Below, in pieces: positions 58,009 through 64,000 of a stretch of 64,000 nt of DNA. This stretch comes from Alphaproteobacteria bacterium (GTDB lineage: Bacteria; Pseudomonadota; Alphaproteobacteria; SP197). Under the pieces are notes generated by a model. It was not told where the DNA came from. It saw nothing but the letters and a program-made list of their open reading frames with translations, and did not search any database. The stretch spans positions 18,801 through 82,800 of the forward strand of contig VGDP01000001.1 of assembly GCA_016869675.1 (NCBI GenBank), given 5' to 3'. A program made the position numbers and the translations under genes. Every line of letters begins with the position of its first letter. Position 1 is the first letter of the stretch.

Positions 58009-59130
58009 ATGGCGACATCGTATACGACCGGCCTTCTGGACCAAAGGAAGAGCTCGCCACGTCTCGATCTGGTCGAGGCCGCCTTCGCGGCCTACAAGTC
58101 CGGCAAGGGATTCCGGGGCCAGATCGCCGACATCGTGCGGCTGCGGCGCGGGCCTGGGCGCCTGCGGCCCCACGAGTACTACCTGTTCCGGCTCTACGAG
58201 GACCAGCGCCTGACGCCGGAGGCCTAGCGGGACTACGTCGGTGAGCGGCGCCAGTGCCGGCTGATCCATGGCCTGTGCCACAACGACTGGCGCTCGGTCG
58301 CGCACGACAAGCTGGTGTACTACCTGCTGGTGGCTGGCCTGGGCCTGCGCGTGCCCAAGGTCATGGCCGTCCACCATGCGTACCGCACGTTTCCAGGGGC
58401 GGCGTCGTTGCGTTCGTCCGACGACGTCGCGGCGTTCCTGCGCACCGCTCCGTACCCGTTGTTCGGCAAGCCGGTGACCGGCATCTACAGCGTCGGCACC
58501 GTGGCCCTAAACGGCTATGACGGCGCCAGCGATTCGGTTCGCACGAGGGATGGGCGTACGGCGAGCCTTGCGTCGTTCGCGGCCGAACTGACGCCGTTCG
58601 AGCGGTGGGGCTACCTGTTCCAGGAGACCCTGCGGCCGCATCCGGCGGCCCGCGCTATGGTCGGCGAGCGCATCGCGACCGTGCGCATGGTGGTGCTGCT
58701 CGACGATGGCGGCCCGGAACTGTTGCGCGCGCTGTGGAAAGTTCCAGTGGGCGCCCATGTCGCCGACAACTTCTGGCGCCACGGCAACATGCTCGCGGCG
58801 CTCGATCCCGCCGATGGCCGGATCACGCGGGTCGTCCGGGGCGTGGGACACCGTCAGGTCGAGGTCTTGAGTCACCCCGACACCGGACACGATCTGGTGG
58901 GCCAGCGTCTGCCGGATTGGGCGGCGGCTACCGCGCTATGCCTGGGCGCCGCCGCGAGCCTGCCCGGCCTGGGCATGCAGGCTTGGGACGTGGCCTTGAC
59001 GGACGAAGGTCCACTCCTTCTCGAGGTGAACAACGGCGGCGATTTCAACCTGCCGCAGCACGCGTTCGGCCAGGGCATCTATCAGGGCCGATTGCGCGAA
59101 CTCGCCGAGCGGCACGGCGTCCCGCTTTGA
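58009..59130 (+). pseudogene. ATP-grasp paralogue of 36454..37650, interrupted by an in-frame TAG
   Basis: ORFs 58009..58227 and 58315..59130 share a frame. The reading is '...HEYYLFRLYEDQRLTPEA', TAG (58225-58227), 'RDYVGERRQ...DKLVYYLLVAGLGL...'. It is collinear with the intact paralogue. Confidence 0.72.
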
Positions 59131-59252
59131 GCGGGTGGCGATTCCCGACCTTCCGACCCATTGATATGCGTCAAGGACCGGTCGACCAGTTCCGGTCATT
59201 CTTTCGCCATGCAGGACCCGAGCGACGGGACGGTCGGAGAAGGAGGTCACCC

Positions 59253-59402
59253 ATGATGCGACGTATCGCGATTGGCTTGACGGTCGCCCTGACCTTGGCC
59301 GGAGGCGGCCTTCGTGCCTCGGCGCAAGAGATGAACATGGGCTCCACGGGCGGCGGCGCCGCGATGCCCATGATGCCGATGATGGGCAGGGTGGCGGCAT
59401 GA
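59253..59402 (+). CDS. signal peptide plus Met-rich segment (49 codons), probably the 5' part of the following EF-hand gene
   Basis: ATG at 59253 lies 6 nt after AGGAGG. Translation 'MMRRIAIGLTVALTLAGGGLRASAQEMNMGSTGGGAAMPMMPMMGRVAA'. It ends in an ATGA overlap with the next ORF. Confidence 0.55.
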   Translation: MMRRIAIGLTVALTLAGGGLRASAQEMNMGSTGGGAAMPMMPMMGRVAA

Positions 59403-59755
59403 TGCTCATGATGATGGGCATGGGTCACGGCGGCGGCATGATCGAAGCCGACCGCGATGGTGTGGTGTCCGCCGAGGAACTGGCGAATCATGCCGACATG
59501 GCGTTCGACATGAAGGACGCGGATGGAGACGAAGTACTCTCGAAGGACGAATTCATGGGCCAGCATGGCGCCATGATGAGCACGCGTCGCGCCGAGCGTC
59601 GCCAGGCGCGGTTCGCCGCCATGGACGCGAACGGCGACAGCGCGCTCGACTACGCCGAATTCATGGACGGCCACAAGGCCATGCTGGCGGCGGCGGACAC
59701 CGATGGCGACGGTCGCGTCACCATCTGGGAGTTCCGGATCGCCAGGCACGGCTAA
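59399..59755 (+). CDS. EF-hand calcium-binding protein with Met/Gly-rich N-terminus
   Basis: 118 aa. N-terminus 'MMLMMMGMGHGGGM', then four EF-hand loops: EADRDGVVSAEE, DADGDEVLSKDE, DANGDSALDYAE, DTDGDGRVTIWE. It has no signal peptide of its own. Confidence 0.75.
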   Translation: MMLMMMGMGHGGGMIEADRDGVVSAEELANHADMAFDMKDADGDEVLSKDEFMGQHGAMMSTRRAERRQARFAAMDANGDSALDYAEFMDGHKAMLAAADTDGDGRVTIWEFRIARHG

Positions 59756-59792
59756 CACCGAATCAGGAAGGGTGTAGCCACTTCGCTACCCT

Positions 59793-59832
59793 GTCACTCC
59801 CGGTCGCCGCCAAGCGGCGAAGCGGGAGTGAC
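59793..59832. terminator. strong GC-rich hairpin between convergent genes (REP-like)
   Basis: GTCACTCCCG (59793-59802) pairs with CGGGAGTGAC (59823-59832), enclosing TCGCCGC-CAA-GCGGCGA. It lies between the EF-hand gene (+) and the multicopper oxidase (-). There is no U-tract. Confidence 0.5.
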
Positions 59833-59941
59833 GGGGTGGCCGTTTGGATTGTCGTCCCTGGTTCCCCGGTTCCGGCCTGCGGCCGGCCCGGGGATGGCAA
59901 GCGAGGTGGCGTCGGTGCCCCCGTTGCCACGCCGCCTCTGG

Positions 59942-61333
59942 TCAGGCGCCGTACTCGAGGGCGGTCATCATGCCGCCCTCCATGTGGAAGATGTTGTGGC
60001 AGTGCAGGGCCCAGCGACCAGGGTTGTCCGCGTCGAAGGCGACCGTGACGCTGCCGTCGACCGGCACGAGCACCGTATCCCGTACCGCGCCCGCGAGCGT
60101 TTTCCCGCCGATGGCCACGACCTGGAAATGGTGACCATGCAGGTGCATGGGATGGGCCATGCGCGTGCGGTTGACGAGGCGCAGCGCAACGCGCTCGCCG
60201 GCGCGGACTTCGATCGGTTCGTGCTCGCCGTGCACGCGCTCGTTGAGCGACCACACGTAATCCGCCCCGCCACCCGTCAGCGCGATCTCGACGGTCCGAT
60301 CGGCGGCTCGGGTTGGCGGCGGCTCGACGGCGGCGAGACGCGATTCGAGGGACAGGTCGACGGCCGGCCCCGGTTCGCCGCCCAGGGGGGCGATCGAACG
60401 CACCGTCGCGCCGGCCGTCGCCAACACGATGCCCGAGCGCTCCGCGCCGCCCTCGCGCCGCGCCAGGATCGGCCATGCGCCGGGCTCGGCGGGCAGGGAT
60501 AGGCGGACGTCCAGGCGTTGGGCGATAGCCAGCGGGAAGGTGGTCCCCGCGACCGGCACAACGGGGTTGCCGTCGGCCGCAATGACGGCCCCTTCCAGCA
60601 TCCCCAGGTCGAGCCACAGGTTGGTCGCGGCCGAGGCGTTGATGACGCGCAGACGCACGCGGCCACCCCGTTCGACCGGCACGACATCGGGATCGTCCAG
60701 GGTACGTTGATTGGCGAGGTGGGCGTCGTGCTCGACGTCGTTCAGCGCGCCCATGCCGTGCCCGGCATGGGCCGCGTGCGCGCCGCCGCCGGCCCTGAGC
60801 TCCGCCAGGATCTCGTTGGGATCGCGGAACGTGAAATCCTGCAGGAACAGGACGATGTCCTGTTCGTCCGCCGCCGCGTCCTCGTGCCGTTCGACGATCA
60901 GAGGCGCGGCCAGCAGGTGCTGCTCCTGCAGACCGACGTGGGAGTGCATCCAGTGGGTGCCGGGCCGCGCGGCGAAGTCGTAGTGGTACGTGGCGCCAGG
61001 GGCCAGGTGCGGCTGCGACAACTCGGGGACACCGTCCTGAACGCTTGGCGGCGTTTGGCCGTGCCAGTGGATCAGGGTCGGCTCGTCGAGTTCGTTGGTC
61101 AGGACAGCGATGAACCGCGCGCCCGGTGCCAGCCGAAGCCCCCGCCCCGACGCGCCGGTCTCGAGCGCCAGGACCGGCGCGGCACGCCCGGCCACGTCCA
61201 TGGCCCGTCGCGTGACACGCAGGGCGAGGGCGTCCGCGGCAAGGCAAGGGATCGGCAGCGCGAGCAGTGCCGCGCCACCCAACAAGCGACGTCTCGTAAG
61301 ATCGAAATCCTTGACGGCGGTGATCGGGGGCAT
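59942..61333 (-). CDS. multicopper oxidase (CopA/PcoA-like) with Tat signal
   Basis: ATG at 61333 ('MPPITAVKDFDLTRRRLLGGAALLALP'). Copper sites 'HWHG', 'HSH', 'HPMHLHGH' and 'HCHNIFHMEGGMM'. Confidence 0.88.
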   Translation of the reverse strand: MPPITAVKDFDLTRRRLLGGAALLALPIPCLAADALALRVTRRAMDVAGRAAPVLALETGASGRGLRLAPGARFIAVLTNELDEPTLIHWHGQTPPSVQDGVPELSQPHLAPGATYHYDFAARPGTHWMHSHVGLQEQHLLAAPLIVERHEDAAADEQDIVLFLQDFTFRDPNEILAELRAGGGAHAAHAGHGMGALNDVEHDAHLANQRTLDDPDVVPVERGGRVRLRVINASAATNLWLDLGMLEGAVIAADGNPVVPVAGTTFPLAIAQRLDVRLSLPAEPGAWPILARREGGAERSGIVLATAGATVRSIAPLGGEPGPAVDLSLESRLAAVEPPPTRAADRTVEIALTGGGADYVWSLNERVHGEHEPIEVRAGERVALRLVNRTRMAHPMHLHGHHFQVVAIGGKTLAGAVRDTVLVPVDGSVTVAFDADNPGRWALHCHNIFHMEGGMMTALEYGA

Positions 61334-61370
61334 GGCCACAGAGTCGCCCACTCCGTGCGGACTACGCCAG

Positions 61371-62273
61371 TCACGATTTGGTGTCAGCCCGGCGTGCGTC
61401 AAGGGTGTAGATCGCGAGACCCATCCAGATGGGGCCGATCGCCAAGAGGTCGCTCATCGACGCGGCCTCGCCATAGACGACGATGGCCAGACCGAACTGC
61501 AGCGAGGGATTGAGGTACTGGCACAGGCCCAACGTCGTGAGGCGAATGCACCGGGCCGCCATGGCGAACAGAAGCAACGGCCCGGCGGTCACCAACCCCG
61601 AGGCGACCAGCATCGCGTCGCCCAGGTCGTCGAGCCGCGCGAAGGCGTCGTAGCCCCGGACAGCCTGAAGCCCTATGACGCCGAGCGCCAGGGGTGCCAG
61701 GACGATGGTCTCGACCGCCAGACTGGGCAGCGATCCTACGGGCGTGATCTTGCGCATCAGCCCGTAGATCCCGAAGGTTGCGGCGAGAAACAGGCCGATC
61801 CACGGCGGCGTGTTATCCGCGATGGTCAGCCATGCCACGGCCATCCCCGCCAGCGCGATCGCGACCCGCTGCCAGGGCTGCAGGGTTTCGCCCAGCACCA
61901 GGCGGCCCAGCGCGACACTGATCAGCGGGTTGACGAAATAGCCGAAACTGGTCTCAAGCACCCGCCCGGCGTTGACCGCCCACACGTAAACCAGCCAGTT
62001 GGGCCCCAGCAGCAGGGTCGCGATGAGCAGACCACGGAGTACCGGCCACGACGCGAAGGCCTGGCGCAGCTCCTTCAGGCGCCGACCGGCGATCAGCAGG
62101 CCAATGACGACGACCAAGGACCAGACGATGCGTTGGGCGATCAGGTCGAGCGCGGAAACCTCGGCCAACCGCCGCCAGTAGAGGGGCAGCAGGCCCCAGG
62201 CGGTGAACGCCCCTATCGCGCAGGCAACGCCTATTCCGTCGTCCCGACCCTTGGTCGAAGAGCCGAGGTTCAC
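61371..62273 (-). CDS. rarD: EamA-family transporter RarD
   Basis: 300 aa. 'AFTAWGLLPLYWRRL' and 'GYFVNPLISV' are typical of RarD. Confidence 0.8.
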   Translation of the reverse strand: MNLGSSTKGRDDGIGVACAIGAFTAWGLLPLYWRRLAEVSALDLIAQRIVWSLVVVIGLLIAGRRLKELRQAFASWPVLRGLLIATLLLGPNWLVYVWAVNAGRVLETSFGYFVNPLISVALGRLVLGETLQPWQRVAIALAGMAVAWLTIADNTPPWIGLFLAATFGIYGLMRKITPVGSLPSLAVETIVLAPLALGVIGLQAVRGYDAFARLDDLGDAMLVASGLVTAGPLLLFAMAARCIRLTTLGLCQYLNPSLQFGLAIVVYGEAASMSDLLAIGPIWMGLAIYTLDARRADTKS

Positions 62274-62905
62274 GCCGCCTGGACCATGGTGCCCAGGCTC
62301 CAGTTCACGATGTCACGCATGACCTTGCCCAACGCCTCGTCGAACGCCGGAATGATCGCGTCCATGGTGTTGGTCTCGGCGGCGATCTCACGTTCGGAGG
62401 TCATGTTGCCGACGATGACGCGTTCGGGGAACTTCACCAGCTTGGCGTTGATCTGCACGTGTATGTTCGGTTGGCCGCCCGCGAAGTACTCCACCTGGAA
62501 CTCGCGCAACTCGGTCACCAGAACATAGTCGGCGCGCAGGTTCACGGAGACGCGTCCGACGCCGACGATGCGTTCCGAGTTCTCGTACGATTCGATGATC
62601 AGGCTCTGGACCATGGCCGGCACCCGGTCGATCCAGTTCGCCCGGGCGTAGTAGTCGAGCTGCATGGGCGTATGCATCAGGGCGATGCGCCCGCTGTCGA
62701 TGCCCGCCGAGGCCACGGGCAGGTCCACCGCGAGCTGCCAGTGGACCGTGGGCAGGCTTTGATCGAACGTGCTCTTGGGCGTCAGAATGTAGAGATCGGG
62801 TCGGTTCTCCGCCTGGGGCAGGAGTTCGGTCGCAGAACATCCCGCGAGCACGAGGCCCGCGCCCAGCACCAACGAGCGTCGGGTGATTGTCCTGGCCATG
62901 GTCAT
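62270..62905 (-). CDS. ABC-type transport auxiliary lipoprotein (DUF330/PqiC-like)
   Basis: Lipobox 'GLVLAGCS'. 211 aa. It sits immediately downstream of an MlaD/MCE gene with a 4-bp overlap. Confidence 0.75.
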   Translation of the reverse strand: MTMARTITRRSLVLGAGLVLAGCSATELLPQAENRPDLYILTPKSTFDQSLPTVHWQLAVDLPVASAGIDSGRIALMHTPMQLDYYARANWIDRVPAMVQSLIIESYENSERIVGVGRVSVNLRADYVLVTELREFQVEYFAGGQPNIHVQINAKLVKFPERVIVGNMTSEREIAAETNTMDAIIPAFDEALGKVMRDIVNWSLGTMVQAA

Positions 62906-63930
62906 TGCGCCTCGTACCCCTGCTGTTGCCCGCCCAGCAGAAAGCGCGTCGGGTCGCGCTCGACCTGGGCGGCGATGTGGGTCAGGACCGAGACGAGCGA
63001 GCGCGCCTCGGTAATGAACTGCGACAATTCGTAGAGGCCGGATCCCGAGAACGCCTGGATCGGCCCTCGGTTTTCCTGAACCAACGCGGTCAGTTCCTCG
63101 GCCAGGCGCGTAGCCGACTGGGCCGTGCCGTCGATGCGCTTCAACGTGTCGCGCGCGGCGTCGCCGACGGCAGCGACCTGGGTATCGGCGCTGGCGGCAG
63201 TCGTCGTGATCTGGGCGAGCGCGCCCTCCACGGCCACCGTCAGGCGCTCGGCGCTCGCGCGCAGATCGCGTGCCAGGAGCTGTGCGTCCTCGGCGGTGAC
63301 GCGCAGCGCGTTGACGGTCGCCCGCGTGTCCTCGAACGTCGCGTGGATGGTGTCGGTCTCGGCGGCCAACGCGCCGGTCAGGTCGCGCACGTTGTCCAGG
63401 GTCTGGGCGAAGGCCGCCTGGTTGTCGTCGTTCAGCAGAATCATGGCGCGCTCGACCAGCTCGGTGAAGCGTTGCACCAGCTCTGGCACCGTCTCGAACA
63501 CCCGTTCGAGCTGCGACGGCTTGGAGGCGATCACCGGGCGCGCCTCGCCCTCCTTGGCCGTCAGCATGGCGGCGTCGTTGGAGCCGCCCGTCAGTTGCAC
63601 GAAGCTCAGGCCCGTGATGCCCTGGATCTGTAGCGTCGCCACCACGTCGTCGCGGATCGGCGTGTCCGCGCCCACCTCGATGGTGACCAGCACGCGCTCG
63701 ACCTCGTTGGGGTCGACGCCGATGGTCGTGACGGTGCCGACGGCCACGCCGTGATACTGCACCGCGCCGCCTTCGCGCAGCCCGCTGACCGAGCCATCGA
63801 AGTAGATGTCGTAGAGCGCGAAGGACCGGTCGAGCTCGACCTTGGCGAGCCAGACCACGAAGCCGACCGTGGCGGCGACCAAGGCCAGTACGAAGGCGCC
63901 GACCAGAACGTAACTTGCCCGTGTCTCCAT
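62902..63930 (-). CDS. MlaD/MCE-family protein
   Basis: ATG at 63930 ('METRASYVLVGAFVLALVAATVGFVVWL'). MCE domain 'GLREGGAVQYHGVAVGTVT'. Long helical C-terminus. Confidence 0.85.
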   Translation of the reverse strand: METRASYVLVGAFVLALVAATVGFVVWLAKVELDRSFALYDIYFDGSVSGLREGGAVQYHGVAVGTVTTIGVDPNEVERVLVTIEVGADTPIRDDVVATLQIQGITGLSFVQLTGGSNDAAMLTAKEGEARPVIASKPSQLERVFETVPELVQRFTELVERAMILLNDDNQAAFAQTLDNVRDLTGALAAETDTIHATFEDTRATVNALRVTAEDAQLLARDLRASAERLTVAVEGALAQITTTAASADTQVAAVGDAARDTLKRIDGTAQSATRLAEELTALVQENRGPIQAFSGSGLYELSQFITEARSLVSVLTHIAAQVERDPTRFLLGGQQQGYEAQ

Positions 63931-63941
63931 GTCGTCGTTCC

Positions 63942-64000
63942 TCAGGCGCCCAGGGCCAAGCGCGCCCGTGGGCCGCGGAAATAGGCCTGCAACCAAGGGT
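63942..64000 (-). CDS. 3' end of an upstream gene (possibly the ABC ATPase of the Mla-like system), truncated by the window edge
   Basis: Only about 19 codons are visible ('...PWLQAYFRGPRARLALGA', TGA at 63942-63944). The assignment is by context only. Confidence 0.3.
   Translation of the reverse strand, partial: PWLQAYFRGPRARLALGA

Noticed and set aside
11557-58227. Possibility that the in-frame TAG or TGA codons reflect stop-codon reassignment, pyrrolysine or selenocysteine.
   Set aside because: TAG terminates several conserved genes at their expected C-termini in this same window (CoA transferase at 70, SBP at 14464, ALDH at 17663, RidA at 19618). TGA terminates most others. One TAG-bearing gene also has a frameshift. 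I saw no SECIS-like hairpin after the TGAs and no pyl or sel genes. Pseudogenisation or sequence error is more parsimonious.

Overview
GC-rich 64-kb chromosomal segment. Gene content and order look alphaproteobacterial (inference only). Housekeeping genes: gyrA, coaD, queA, surE-pcm-nlpD-like, yajC-secD-secF, tRNA-Lys(UUU) and tRNA-Thr(CGU). These are interleaved with accessory and catabolic DNA. Main blocks: (i) a hicAB toxin-antitoxin pair next to tRNA-Lys, followed by a decayed, AT-richer island (about 9990-17660). The island holds IS630 and IS21 transposase remnants, a nonsense-interrupted PotD-like binding protein, a CocE/NonD hydrolase plus a family-5 peptide-binding protein, tandem repeats, homopolymer tracts and a frameshifted glycosyltransferase-like gene. 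(ii) A tightly packed minus-strand catabolic array (20423-28875) under a LysR regulator. (iii) A small redox/detox cluster containing a cytochrome c remnant. (iv) A MarR-like reading frame fused in frame to NhaA. (v) An ATP-grasp/EamA pair divergent from a Dpp/Opp-type ABC importer. (vi) A type III polyketide synthase with an ICMT-family methyltransferase. (vii) An M81 peptidase/2OG-oxygenase pair beside a second, TAG-interrupted ATP-grasp paralogue. (viii) A multicopper oxidase beside a split Met-rich/EF-hand gene. (ix) A Mla/Pqi-like lipid-transport module at the 3' edge. The window has an unusually high density of gene lesions: six in-frame stop codons in four genes and at least five frameshifts. 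It also carries several structured repeat elements. No CRISPR array, rRNA or intact mobile element was seen. All functional calls rest on my recognition of motifs in the supplied translations. No database search was run.
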